Assembly (NCBI RefSeq): GCF_009914755.1
Contig: NC_060931.1
DNA: 64,000 nucleotides
From: the human T2T-CHM13v2.0 reference genome, Homo sapiens
Reading direction: 5' to 3' (one strand)
Shown: positions 44,384-58,366 of the stretch, piece after piece
How the letters are laid out: each line of letters opens with the position of its first letter
Numbering within the stretch: position 1 is the stretch's first letter
Translations under genes and position numbers: made by a program
Notes under the pieces: model-generated
What the model was told of the DNA's origin: nothing
Database searches by the model: none
The model's input: the letters and a program-made list of their open reading frames with translations, nothing else

Positions 44384-47300
44384 TTCTTCATGATCAATTT
44401 TGAGGAATGGCCATCAATGAAGGTCTTGGTCAATACAGATATGGAAATGCCAGACAAACGCTAAGAGAGTATGAGATGGGTAAGGGGATTGTCATCCTGG
44501 TTCAGAATGGACCAGCTGACAAAGTTCAAATGTACCTGGGCACCATACAGTGAAAATAATGTACCATTTTGCATAATATGGCATGAATTTATAATACGAA
44601 TCCATAGTGCTATGATACTGATTTTCTAGATAAAAAGGCACAGCTATATCATCAATAAAAATAAGCTATGTGATCATTAAAAGATTATTTGTTTAAGAAA
44701 TATTAGTTAACAATATCTTAGGAAGATCACATAAATACTTTCGCTTCTTGTATAGATTCGGTACAAATTGCTGGTAATGGAATTCAAGTAAATTATAAGC
44801 AGATGGTTTTTTGGGAGGAGTTCACTCTCAAGTGTTGACAAACATTTCAAAGAGCCTGCAAGGAGTTCCATTTCATAGTCAAATCAGCTATAATTGTCTT
44901 TCAGTAACCCGTAATAAAGAGATGCATTTTAGTTAGGGACTAATTGGTTTTAGATTATTATGTCTTTAATCTCTTTTCCACAGAAGTTCTGAAAATATTC
45001 TGAAGATGTTCAGGTTGTTCTCTTTTTCCTTTGCTCTTCATTCATGAAATGATATTTGATAGTAATGTACTGCTACTATTTTCTCTAGGAATAATATATT
45101 TTCATTAAATTGTGTAAACACATAGAAGGACTTAGATTCTTCAGCATTTTCATCCATTCCTCTAGGATGTTTGTCAAGCAAACTGAATTACTGTCCATAC
45201 TCACATGTTATTTTACCAGTACTTCCTTCTATTTCTCAGTATTTTTTCCCCAATAGGTTTCAGAAAATTCTGTTTTTATTCAGTTCCTTGATTTTGTTGC
45301 CTTCCATTGCTCATCATTTATCCTTTCTGTTTAGAAGGTATATATTTTATTATGCTGCTACTTTAAAGTTGTCTTTTCCAAAATCTTCTAGTTAATAAGA
45401 TCGGAAGAAGATATTAAAACTAGCTGTTTCCTGACATGTAATCACAATAGTGGTATAAGATTGTTCACATTTTACATTGCCTATATATATGGCACGACAA
45501 AGGCAAAATGGCAAAATTTATGTGAGTGTCTTATTTTATCATAGAAGAAGTCATTTGTCTGATACATTAATAAGATATTCTCGTACTGTTATTCTAGTCC
45601 AGCACCCTGCTGGGCTTATTCAACTTTGTTCAAACTAAGTAAAAGTCTGGTGATCTCAGTTGGGCAAATGGGAATTTGGTACTACTAAGCTCTCAAAAAT
45701 AATTCCTATAAAATCTTATATTTATCAACAGACAGATTTGATTTCCTAAGGCCAAAATAGTAAAATGTTAAAAGACAGTTAAGAGCCATTTATAACTGAA
45801 AAACTGTCATGTCTTTTACAGAAGAACAACGTATTTGTCCGGTGAAAAATGGATTGCAAAAATGCTTACCTCCTACAAAAATCAGGTAATCGTGATTATT
45901 TCACTCATGGGAAGCAAACTTGGTATGGTTTTATACCAGTTATAATGAGTAAATAAGCCATGAAGACGAACCCAAGGCTTTGCTCTGCTTTGAAATCTCC
46001 TGTTACCTAACCACCAGATTGAAATTACAGTTAATTAAATCTTCAGTTATTTTTCACATGGGATTTGGAGAAACTACTTCCTGAAATGTATTTATTTGGA
46101 ATTAACTAGTAGTTTCAGTAAATAAAAGAGTCAATAACTTATTTGAGAATCTAATAGCCTTAATCTAAAACATTTCCCATAATTAAATATTTTGGTTGTT
46201 GTGACTGTAACTACAAGGACGTAAGTGCAGTAATGACGTTTGCAAAATTTTCTACCTCCATTAAAATAGTGCAATATATTATTTATTTATTTATTGACCT
46301 TTGATGATTTGCCAAAGTGGATTAGTCAGTGTATGTTAATTTTATAATTGCTTGCAGTGGTATTGTGAGCTGCTTATGCTTGTAATTTCGTATGATTATT
46401 AAGTCTCCCTCACAAGTACCTTCTATTCATATACTATACACATAAAGAGAGAAACTACTCTGTAGAACACTGTAAATTATACCAGCTGAGCTTTAAAAAC
46501 CATACAAATGTAGCCTGTGAATAAGCTGAATTCCCACCTACCGTGGGAGCACAATACTAGATATAAGAGCTGTTCTGGAATTCCAAAGATGAACAAGCAT
46601 AGGAAGAATACAGAATGCCAGCTATAAAACAATTGAACAAACACACTTCCCCTTTTCCCAAAACAATTTACATGCAGTTATTTTGTGGCATCTATGACTA
46701 TTAATACATAGATACTTTACATAATTAAGTTAGAATATACAAAATTCAATTATTTATGTTTCTATAACTAAATGATTGTTCCTTGTTGTAAAACTACTTT
46801 CCTGAAAACCCATAATCATATCAGTTTAAATCTAACAATAACATTTATTGATCTTTACTATAATTTCAAACTTCCTACAGAATTAATTTTAGCCTACAAT
46901 ATAAATGACAGCCATATTCGAAGTAAAGCACATGTATGTAAAGAAGCAAACTTGGTAAGAGGAGGCAATAAACTGAAAGATATCCTGAAAAATAATGTTT
47001 TACAATTAGTAACATACATACCACTAAGTATTTAAGAAGAGAAGTTTCATTTTTATAAAAGAAAATCCACAGTATTTTTTGGAGAGTAATAGTGGCCAGA
47101 ATGGGTGATAATAGAATATGGGGTTTCTTTTAGTGCTGTGGATAGAAGCAAAAGGTGAAGATAGACTGGTATATGGAACTATAGCCTCTTCATATTGCTC
47201 CAAACCAAGAGTGAGAGATATAAAAAATAAGGTATATTTATATGAAAAGATACATAGATTTGAACGAAAGAGGAAACCATAACTCCAAATGAGCAGAAAC

Positions 47301-47689
47301 AGAATAATGCAAAATATAATGAATATGAATTGCTAGAGTTGCCAGCTAAGTTAACATTTGGGTGAATGTGTGAAGTGTCACTGCAGAATCTGACAAGCAA
47401 ATCAATATTTTGTTAACAATGTCAACCAGGGTAGTAGAGCTGTCAACTCCCAAGCAGGGGGGTTGGGTGAGACACAGGGAAAGAGACACAGAGCTGGCTG
47501 ACTGGCTGACATATTTAGGAGTACAGGGAAGCCCTCTAAGCCAGAGGATAGCTTCTGCCACATCAGAGGTAGTGATGAGAGCTAAATAACAAAATGGGAA
47601 GAGCTAAATATAAAAATTAGTAGGCTCAAGAATTCTTTCAAATTATGGTGTGCATTCTGTAGTTATTTGTTATTTATTTGTTATTTTTC

Positions 47690-48040
47690 AAAGCAGAATT
47701 CCTACCCTCTGTCCATTTCTTGTGATAACAACATCTTTACTTTCTTTTGAAAATCCACCTTTCCTCTCTCAGTTCCTGAGTCTAGGGAAGTGGGAACTGG
47801 GGAACTGCTACTGCTGCCCTTTTGAGAAAAGGAGAAATATTTTCTGAGGAAGGCATCACAGAAAAACTTAGATGAGATAAGAGACTCTAAGAACCAACAC
47901 GTGGGATTTTGAAACTGCATCAGGTTAATCTGCAGTCAGCACTACTCTTAACTTTCCATCTAGATGAGCCCATAAATTCCCTTTTAGATTGAGAAAGTTT
48001 GAGTGATTTTCTTGCCATTTGCAATAGACAGTTCAACCTA
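47690..48040 (+). mobile_element. Ancient MaLR/ERVL LTR (MLT1-like)
   Basis: 3' end CATAAATTCCCTTTT...TTTGAGTGATTTTCTTGCCATTTGCAA. Confidence 0.45.
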
Positions 48041-48941
48041 TTAATAATTTATAATGTGAAAGTCAACCCATGAAAAGTAAGAAAAAAAAAGCTCAAGGAA
48101 TATGGGGCATTGATATGGGGGTACAGAAGTTCCAACATATTTTTATAATAGGAGCTTCCAGAAAAAAAATACAAAAAAAACAGAAGATAGTAGAAGAAAT
48201 CACAATTGGAAAAATGAAAAAAAAAAGTTTAAACTAAGCACTAAGTGGACTAAGTAATCAAGACACAACATATAGGTGAATGATGATAATATTTTTAAAC
48301 TGGAAAGGATTAAAAAATTCATTACAACTATGGATGAAGCAACATATGCTCACTGTTCTGAAAGGAAGTTATTTAAAACCCAAACTTTTGTAGCCTGATG
48401 AACTAACAAATAACCAAGGGCAAAATAAAAGTTTGTTTGATAAAGCATGTCTCATAAAGGTTAGCACATGTAATTCATATCTGAGGAAAATTACTAGACG
48501 ATATATTTAAGAAAACAGATATAATAATTCAAGAGCAAATTATCCAATACCAGAAGTAATAACAACCAAATAATAATATTAAAAAATATTGAAGTCCAAT
48601 ATGTGTTGAGAACTAAGTAAGGTAATATCAAAGCTTAAAATGGGAAATGGAAGTTTTTGTAAAGGGCAATAAATTTTTGGGGGTGAAATGTTAAAATCAG
48701 CTACTGATTATTTTTAGATAAACATCATTGATTTCTTCCATTCAATTGCATGTTTCATATCAGCATAAAACAGGGTATAAAGGAATTCAAAACTAAAAAC
48801 TTATCCCTTCCTACCACATTCCAATCCAACCAAATGTTTACCTTTCTACCTTTATCCATAGCAAAACATAGAAATTTATTTCCTCTGCCTGACTCCATTT
48901 TTTTCAAACCTTGCATTCTCTCTTAAAGATACTTCTATTGG

Positions 48942-49084
48942 ATTGAAAAACTACCTGTGGGGTGCTATACTTATCACCTAAGTGACAAAATATCTGCACA
49001 CAAAACCTCTAGGACCAACAATTTACCGACACAACACACCCACACATGTACCTCGAACCTAAAATAAAGTTAAAGAAAAAAAAC
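48942..49084 (+). mobile_element. Very short L1 3' end (L1PA15/16-like)
   Basis: GAAAAACTACCTG...AACCTAAAATAAAGTT plus A tail; 17-bp TSD AAAGATACT(T/C)CTATTGG at 48925-48941 and 49085-49101. Confidence 0.88.
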
Positions 49085-49187
49085 AAAGATACTCCTATTG
49101 GGCTTCTAAGCCCAAATATGCAATAATTATTTTATTTTCTTCTTTGTGTGTGTTTTTGCTTGGTTGGTAGGTTAGAAAAGAATCTCT

Positions 49188-50251
49188 ACATGTCTAAAAC
49201 ACCAAAAGCAATGGCAACAAAAGCCAAAATTGACAAATGGGATCTAATTAAACTAAAGAGCTTCTACACAGCAAAAGAAACTACCATCAAGAGTAAACAG
49301 GCAACGTACAGAATGGGATAAAATTTTTGCAATCTACTCATCTGACAAAGGGTTAAAATCCAGAATCTACAAAGAACTCAAACAAATTTACAAGAAAAAA
49401 ACAAACAACCCCATCAACAAGTGGGCAAAGGATATGAACAGACACTTCTCAAAAGAAGACATTTATGCAGCCAAAAGACACATGAAAAAATGCTCATCAT
49501 CACTGGTCATCAGAGAAATGCAAATCAAAACCACAGTGAGATACCATCTCACACCAGTTAGAATGGCGATCATAAAAAAGTCAGGAAACAACAGGTACTG
49601 GAGAGGATGTGGAGAAATAGGAACACTTTTACACTGCTGGTGGGACCGTAAACTAGTTCAACTATTGTGGAAGTCAGTGTGGCGATTCCTCAAGGATCTA
49701 GAACTAGAAATACCATTTGAACCAGCCATCCCATTACTGGGTATATACCCAAAGGATTATAACTCATGCTGCTATAAAGACACATGCACACGTATGTTCA
49801 TTGTGGCACTATTCACAATAGCAAAGACTTGGAACCAACCCAAATGTCCATCAATGATAAACTGGATTAAGAAAATGTGGCACATACACACCATGGAATA
49901 CTATGCAGCCTAAAAAAGGATGAGTTCATGTCCTTTGTAGGGACATGGATGAAGCTGGAAACCATCATTCTCAGCAAACTATCACAAGGACAAAAAACCA
50001 AACGCTGCATGTTCTCACTCATAGGTGGCAATTGAACAATGAGAACACTTGGACACAGGAAGGGGAACATCACACACCGGGGTCTGTTGTGGGGTGGGGG
50101 GAGGGGGGAGATATAGCATTAGGAGATATACCTAATGTAAATGACGAGTTACTGGGTGCAGCACAACAATATGGCACATGTATACATATTAACAAGCCTG
50201 CACGGTGTGCACATGTACGCTAGAACTTAAAGTATAATAAAAAAATAAAAA
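49188..50251 (+). mobile_element. 5'-truncated L1PA4/L1PA5
   Basis: ORF2 C-terminus and 3'UTR; 14-bp TSD AGAAAAGAATCTCT at 49174-49187 and 50252-50265. Confidence 0.96.
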
Positions 50252-50504
50252 AGAAAAGAATCTCTGACTTGACCTACTTTCACTTTTCCTTTATGTTCTT
50301 AGGAGCATTACAAACATTACAAAACATGATGTTCTCTTTCTCAATATGGAATTGTCATGTGTTACCTGATGCTATTGTATGGTCTCAGTTTTTCACCTAA
50401 CTCACTGGAAATGTCACAGTTTCATTTTAGGAAATTCTTCACTGCCCAATCTCTAAAGATTGGAATAACAAAGGTTCATTACTGAAGCCTTTTCTTACTT
50501 ATTT

Positions 50505-53500
50505 ATTTTTTAAATATTTATTTTTGTGGGTACATAATAACTGTATAAACTTATAGGGTACATGAGATATTTTGATACAGATACACAATATGCAATAATC
50601 ACATCCCGGTAAATGAGAAATTAATCAACTCAAGCATTTTTCCTTTCTTTTTGTTACAAACAATCCAGTTGCACTCTGAGTTACTTAAAAATGTAGAAAA
50701 ATTATTACTGTTATAAAATACTAAATTTTATTCATTCTAACTCTATTTTTGTACATATTAACCCTCATCACTCATCCCGCTTCCCGCATTACCCTTCCCA
50801 GACTCTGGTAACCATCCTTCTACTTTCTATCTCCATGAGATCAATTGTTTTAATTTTTTAAGTCCCAAAAATAAGTAGGAACAGGCAAAGTTTGTCATTC
50901 TCTGCCTAGATTATTTCACTTAACATAATGATCACCAGTTCCATCCATTTTGTTGCAAATAACAGGATCTCATTCTTTCTTATGCCTGAATAATACTCTG
51001 TTGTGTAAATGAACCACATTTTCTTTGTCCATTCATCTGTTGATGGATACTTACATTGCTTCCAAATTTTGGCTGTTATGAACAATACTGCAACAAACAT
51101 GGAAGTGCAGCTATCTCTTCGACATACTGATTTCCTTTCTTTTGAGTACGCACATAGTAGTGGGATTGTTGGATTATGGGGTAGCTCTATTTTTAGTTTT
51201 CTGAGAAACCTTCAAGCTGTTATTCATAGTGGTTGTACTAATTTACATTTCTACCAACAATGTATAAGGGTTCCATTTTCTCCACAACCTTGCCAGCATT
51301 TGTTATTCCCTGTCTTTTGGATAAAAACCATTTTAACTGGGGTGAGATAATATCTCATTGTAGTTTGATTTGCATTTATCTGATGATCAATGATGTTGAG
51401 TACCTTTTCATATGACTGTTTGCCATTTGTATGTCTCTCTTTGAGAAATGTCTATTCTGATCTTTTCCTTACTTTGTAATTGGATTATTAGATTTTTTTC
51501 CTACAAAGTTGTTCGAACTCCTCATATATTCTTGTTATGAATCCCTTGTGAGATGGGTAGTTTGCAAATATTTGCTTCCATTCTGTGGGTTGTCTTTTCA
51601 CTTTGTTTATTGTATCTTTGCTTTACAGAAGCTTTTAAACTTGATGTGATTCTACTTATGAATTTTTGTTTTGATTGTCTGTGCTTGTAGTGTATTGCTC
51701 AGGAAACATTTGCCCACACCAAAGTCCTGGAGACTTTCCCCAATATTTTTTTGGGTTAGTTTCATAGTTTGAAGTCTTAGATTTGTCTCTAATCCATTTT
51801 GATTTGATTTTTGTATATGGCAAGAGACAGGGGACTAGTTTCATTCTCCTGCATATAGATATCCAGTTATCCCAGCACCATTTACTAAAGAAACTGTCCT
51901 TTCCCCATTGTATATTCATGACATCTTTGTCAAAATTTAGTTCACTGTAGATGTATGGATTTGTTTCTGGGTTCTCCATTCTATTCCCTTGGTCTGTATG
52001 ACTGTGGCTTTTTATTTTCTGCCACTACCATGCTGTTTCGGTTACTATTGCTCTGTAGTATAACATGAATCAGGTAACGTGATTCCTGCAGTTTTGTCTT
52101 TTTGCTCATGATGGCTTTGGCACTTCTGGTCTTTTGTGGTTCCATGTATATTTTAGGATAGTTTTTATTTTATTTCTGTGAAGAATGTCATGGGTACTTT
52201 GATAGGCATTGCATTGAATCTACAGATTTCTTTAAGTAGTATGAACATTTTAGCAATATTGATTATTTCCATCTGTGAACATAGAGTATCTTTCCATGTT
52301 TTGGTGTCCTCTTCAATTTTTTCCAACAATGTTTCTACTTGTCCATTTTCATGTTACTATGAAGAAATATCCAAGACTAGGTGATTTACAAACAAATATA
52401 GGTTTAATGGACTCACAGTTCCACATGGCTGAGGAGGCTAACAATCATGTTGGAAGGCAAAGGGGGAACAAAGGCATGTCTTACATGGTGGCAGGCAAGA
52501 GAGCATGTGCAGGGGAACTGCCCTTTATAAAATGATAAGATCTCATAGACTTATTTACTATCATGAGAACAGCACAGGAAAAACACACTCCAATGATTCA
52601 ATTACCTCCCACCAGGTCCCTCTCAGGACATGTGGGGATTACAGGTGCTAAAATTCAAGATGAGATTTGGGTTGGGAAAGAGCCAAACCATATCATTCCA
52701 CTTTTGGCCCCTCCCAAATCCCACGTCCTCACATTTCAAAACCAGTCATGCCTTCCCAACAGTCCCCCAATGTCTTAACTCATTTCAGCATTAACTCAAA
52801 AGTTCACAGTCCAAATTCTCATCTGAGACAAGGCAAGTCCTTCTGCCTATGAGCCTGTTAAATCAAAAGCAAGTTAGTTACTTCCTAGATACAAGGGGGG
52901 TACAGATACTGCATAAATACACTCATTCCAAATGAGAAAAATGGCCAAAATGAAGGGGCTACAGGCCCCGTGCAAATCTGAAATCCAGTAGGGCAGTCAA
53001 ATCTTAAAGCTCCAAAATGATCTCCTTTGACTCTATGTCTCGCATCCAGCTCATGCTGATGCAAGTAATGGGTTCCCATGGTCTTGGGCAGCTTCACCCC
53101 TGTGGCTTTCCAGGGTACAGCCACCCTTCTGGCTGCTTTCACAGGCTGGCATTGAGTAACTGTGGCTTTCCCACGCACATGGTACAAGGTGTTGGAAGAG
53201 CTACCATTCTGCATTCTGAAGGATGGTGGCTCTCTTCTCATAGCTCCACTAGGCAGTTCCCCAGTGGAGAATCTGTGTGTGGGGGGCTCCAACCCACATT
53301 TTCGTTTGGTACTGCCCTAGCAGGGGTTCGCCATGAGAGCTTCACTCCTGCAGTACACCCCGCATGGACATCCAGGCATTTGCATACATCCTATGAAATC
53401 TAGGCAGAGGATAGATGCTTGTCTTCTCAATTCTTGTCTTCTGCACATCCACAGAACCAACACCATATGGAAGCTGCCAAGGCTCGGGGCTTACCCTTTG

Positions 53501-54790
53501 AAGCCATGGCCTGATTGCATGTTGGCCACTTTTAGCCATGGCTGGAGTGGCTGGGATGGACGGCACAAACTCCCTAGGCTGCACACAGCAGGAAGGCCCT
53601 GGGCCTGGCTCAGAAAACTATATTTCCCTTCTAAGCCTGAGGCCTGTGATGGGAGGTGCTGCCATGAAGGTCTCTGACATGCCCTGAAGATATTTTCCCT
53701 ATTGTCTTGGTGATTAACATTTGGCTTCTCGTTACTTATGCAAATTTCTGCAGCAGGCTTGAATTATTCCCCAGAAAATGATTTTTTTCTTTTTTTATAC
53801 TGCACTGTCAGCCTGTAAATTTTGTAAACTTTTAAACTGTTTTTTTTTTAAAAATACTTTGCCACTTAGAAATTTCTTCTGCCAGGTACCCTAAATAATA
53901 TCTCTTAAGTTCAACGTTCCACAGAACTCTAGGGCAGGGGCAAAATGCTGCCAGTCCCTTTGCATAGCAAGAGTAACTTTTACTCCAGTTCCCAAGAATT
54001 TCTCCATCGCCATTTGAGACCACATCAGCCTAGACTTTATTGCCCATATCACTATCAGCATTTTGGTCAAAGCTATTCAACAAATCTGCAGGAAGTTCCA
54101 AGCTTTCCCACATCTTCCTTTCTTCTGAGCCCTCCAAGTCTCTAGGAAGTTCCAGACTTTCCCACATTTTCCTGTCTTCTTCTGAGCCCTCCAAACTGTT
54201 GAATCTCTGTCTGTTACCCAGTTGCAAAGTCGCTTCTACATTTTCAGGTGTCTTTATAGCAGCACCCCACTCTCAGTACCTATTTGCTCTATTAGTCTGT
54301 TCTCACGCTGCCAATAAAGACATACCTGAGACTGGGTAATTTAGAAAGAAAAATATGTTTAATGCACTCACAGTTCCACATGGCTGGGAAGGCCTCACAA
54401 TCATGGCAGAAGGTGAAAGAGAAGCAAAGGCACGTGTTACAGGGGCAAGCAAGAGAGTGTGTTCAGGGGAACTGCCCTTTATAAAACCATCAAATCTCAT
54501 GAGACTTATTCAGATATCATGAGGAAAGCACAGAAAAAAGTTTGCCCCCATGATTCAATTACCTCCCACCGGGTTCCTACCATGAAACATGGGAAGTAGA
54601 GGAGCTACAATTCTAGGTGAAATTTGGTAGTGGACATAGCCAAACCACATCTATGTTTTATAGTTCTTATTTTAGAAAACTACTTTTTTGGTTAAGTTTA
54701 TTCCTAGGCATTTAATTTTATGTGTGGCTATTGTAAACGGGATTACTTTTTAATTTTTCTTTTGTATTTTTCACTGTTTGCAGATAGAAA
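50505..54790 (-). mobile_element. L1MA (L1MA2-4-like) 3' part, interrupted by THE1 provirus
   Basis: Antisense 3'UTR GGGTACATGAGATATTTTGATACAG; ORF2 peptides ([17 protein letters not shown]); resumes at 54658 after THE1. Confidence 0.9.
52334..54652 (-). mobile_element. THE1 provirus: 3' LTR 52334-52695, internal 52696-54287, 5' LTR 54288-54652
   Basis: Two THE1 LTRs, MaLR internal ORF remnants and perfect 5-bp TSD ATGTT at 52329-52333 and 54653-54657. Confidence 0.95.
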
Positions 54791-54844
54791 CAGTGAAATT
54801 CAGGAAAGCTGAAGGATACAAAATTAACATATAAACAACAGTAT

Positions 54845-55030
54845 GTTCCAACTTCTATTTTTATGACCTTGAGCAAGTCAAACACTATGTGCCTCAGTTT
54901 CTTCAAATGTAAAATAGGAAGAATAAGACTGCCAATTATTTTAATAGTTTTAAAAGAAGGATTAAGTATATTAATGTATACAAAATACTTGGAGAACCAT
55001 CAGCCTCATTAATTGCTGTACATCAGTTTA
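54845..55030 (+). mobile_element. MIR
   Basis: ATGACCTTGAGCAAGTC...GTGCCTCAGTTTCTTCAAATGTAAAATAGG core. Confidence 0.75.
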
Positions 55031-55079
55031 TTACTGATCATTGTAGTGATTATAATGAACCTCTTCTTTGTCATAACTT

Positions 55080-55290
55080 TTTGCCAGGTACTGAGTGTCT
55101 TACTTTTTTTTTTAAATTTAATCCTCACAACATGTGTATGAAATGCTTACAATGATCTCCCCTAATAGAGGAATCATCTGAGTTTGGAGACAGTAAGAAA
55201 CTTTCCTGGTATCAAATAGATTCTAAATGGTGGAGCCAGAATTTGATCCCAGGCATGAAACTTCAGAATGTTCATGCTTAAGAACTATGA
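55080..55290 (-). mobile_element. MIR
   Basis: TTTAATCCTCACAAC...AAATGGTGGAGCCAGAATTTGATCCCAGGC. Confidence 0.7.
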
Positions 55291-55870
55291 TACACATATT
55301 TATATGTCTAGACTTTGAATGCTGCATACAGAAAAGACCTTATCTAATTTTACACATAAACAATGCAGAAGATACAGAACACTGCAAAGAAGAAAATCAA
55401 AGTTATTCCATCATTGTAATAGTACATTATCTTCCAGACTTGGCATAGACATAGGCAGCTACACACTTAATGTCACGTGTTTTATTTTGTTGTATTTGTA
55501 TACTATTCTATTAACCAAAACAATTCCCTTGAGTATGAGTATGGATTCATTTGGCAGGATGACTGGACCTCTAACAGCCACTGAAAACTGAGAAACTTCT
55601 TTGCTATAAAAGAAGAATCAGGATCCAGTTGTTATTATATATCCCTTAATCTTCATAGACCCATGAGTTGTTTTGAAGAGCACTTGACATCTCTTAGCAA
55701 CTGTAGTTCATACATGTAAATCTTTCTGATGCTCTGGATTTATACTACAGCAAACCCATCCAGAAGGAGAGAGGCTAAAGTGTACTTAACTAGGGATTTG
55801 GGAAGAATAGGGCCAACTGGACAGCATTGGTTAAGTGCCAGAAGAAACACTAGTGTTTTCAGATACAGAG

Positions 55871-55930
55871 TGTGATGATTAACTTTATGTGTCAACTTGA
55901 CTGGGCTATGGTGTGCCCAGATGTCAAACA
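55871..55930 (+). mobile_element. MLT2 LTR 5' fragment
   Basis: TGTGATGATTAACTTTATGTGTCAACTTGACTGGGCTATGG. Confidence 0.7.
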
Positions 55931-55939
55931 TATGGTTTA

Positions 55940-56388
55940 CTCGCATGTTGTTGCAAATATTTGCATCTGTGTTCATTAAGGACATTGGCCCATAGTTTTC
56001 CATTTTTGTTTTGTCCTTGTCTGGTTTTGGCATCAGGGTAATGATGGCCTTGTAGAATGCATTTGGAAGAATTATTTCCTCTTCAATTTTCTGGAAGAAT
56101 TTGAGACTTGGTATTAACTCTTCTTGAAATGTTTGGTAAAATTAATTTGTGAAGCCATCAGGTCCTAGGCTTTTCTTTTACAGGAGACTTTTTATTAATG
56201 ATTCAATCTCCTTATTCATAATTGGTTTGTTAAGGTTTTCTATGTCTTCTTGGTTCAATCTTGGTAGACTGTATATGTCAGGAATTTATCCATTTCTTCT
56301 AGGTGTTCCAATTTGTTTTGTACATAGTTGTTCACAATAGTCTCTAATGATCCTTGGTATTTCTGTGGTATCAGTTGTAATGCCTCCT
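55940..56388 (-). mobile_element. L1M ORF2 fragment
   Basis: Antisense peptide PKPDKDKTKMENYGPMSLMNTDA. Confidence 0.85.
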
Positions 56389-57987
56389 GAGAGGTACAGA
56401 GAGACAGGCTTACTCTTCTTTCAATCCACCTTCCCCGATTCTCACTGAAAGTTATGGGTTCTGAGAAAGTTGAAGCTTATGCAAGAGAGAAATGAACAAT
56501 CTTTAGGGAATCAACATTGTTATGAGAATGCTCTCGTAACATGTTAGAGAAAAGTATCCAATATGAGGGCAGAAAAACAGAAGAATGACAGTCAGCATCT
56601 GGAATCATTCATGGCTGTCTTTGTGTAAGGAACCCATAAAGAGAATAAATAAGGAGAAAGTTTACTCAAAGTGTGTATTTTCTGATAAGCAAGCCAGTGA
56701 CAATTAAGGTTATTGACTGTGATACTACTGTAAATATGATATATCTATATGTGGGATACTGAAATGTGGAACATGCATTAATAAGAATGTTGGGCAATGC
56801 ATGGTGATACAATACCCCATTTCACTGCCTTATCTTTTTACTTAAAAAAAATAGCACTTTCTCATGTTATCAATTACTCTTCAACATATGTTTTAAACAA
56901 TTACAGAATATATCATAATATCACTAAACTTAATCAATTTCATCCATTTCTAAATATAGTCAATGACAGTGTTATTAAATCAACCAGGTAAAAAAGAACC
57001 AATAATTAATTTTGTGATTAAATACAGACTCAATCAAACCATTAAAGAGACTTCCACAATAAGTCTTTCTTAGAAAGCAGAAACTATTTATTCCATAATG
57101 ATGATTTTAAAGTAATAATTATCTTATGTTGTTGTTAGCCAATAGTGTAAAATAAAACAAACAAACAAACACAAGATTTATTGTGTCCAGGTATAGCAAT
57201 CTGTCATGGATTTTGATATTATCAGATATTAGGAGATTAATTTGAGTTTTGTATTGATTTTGCCACTTCTGGCAGTTATTTTTCTTATTACATATAACTG
57301 AAAAAAATGTAATTTAAAAAATAAACCATAGGAAATATAGCCTAACAAGAAAAGGATACTGAAAGTAATCGATTATTATTAATATAAAATGTTTGTCACC
57401 TCTCTTTTGAGTAGCTAGGAACAAGTAGAGAGCTTGTTTCCCAATTAAAGAATCTAAGATCATTATTTTTGCACTCAGTACTGAAGAATAATTTCCCCTA
57501 GTTTGAGGACTATTCCAGCCCTGCCCAATCAATCTTAAAAACAATAACCTATAGGTTTAAATAATTTACAAGTAATGAAAATATGTAATTTTTAAAGAAA
57601 CATTTTTAGAAATATAAAAATAATCAGCATACAACTACATTATATTGATAATGTCTGCCATACAATAAAACAAACAACAACAATAAAAAGAATCTAGCCT
57701 AGAAAAACCAGAAAAATACAATTCATAAGGCAATACATCAGTCAGTTGAAACCAATACAGAACTTACTTGGATGTTGGATTTTGTAGGCAAGTACATTAA
57801 AAAGATGATTATATCTTCATTCCATAGGTTCAATAATTAGAGAGATGTGGGAGATATAAAAAAAGACTTCTAGTATAAAGAATACAATATGTCTGATAAA
57901 GAATACAATAGATGGAATTAATAGAAGAGTATATATTTCCAAAGAAAAGATTAGTGAACTTTACACCATAGCAATAATACACATACG

Positions 57988-57990
<3 letters not shown>

Positions 57991-58026
<36 letters not shown>
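57991..58026 (+). repeat. (CA)n microsatellite, ~18 units
   Basis: Seen directly. Confidence 0.97.
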
Positions 58027-58030
<4 letters not shown>

Positions 58031-58058
58031 AACAGGTGAATAAAATGAACAGGATATC

Positions 58059-58366
<308 letters not shown>

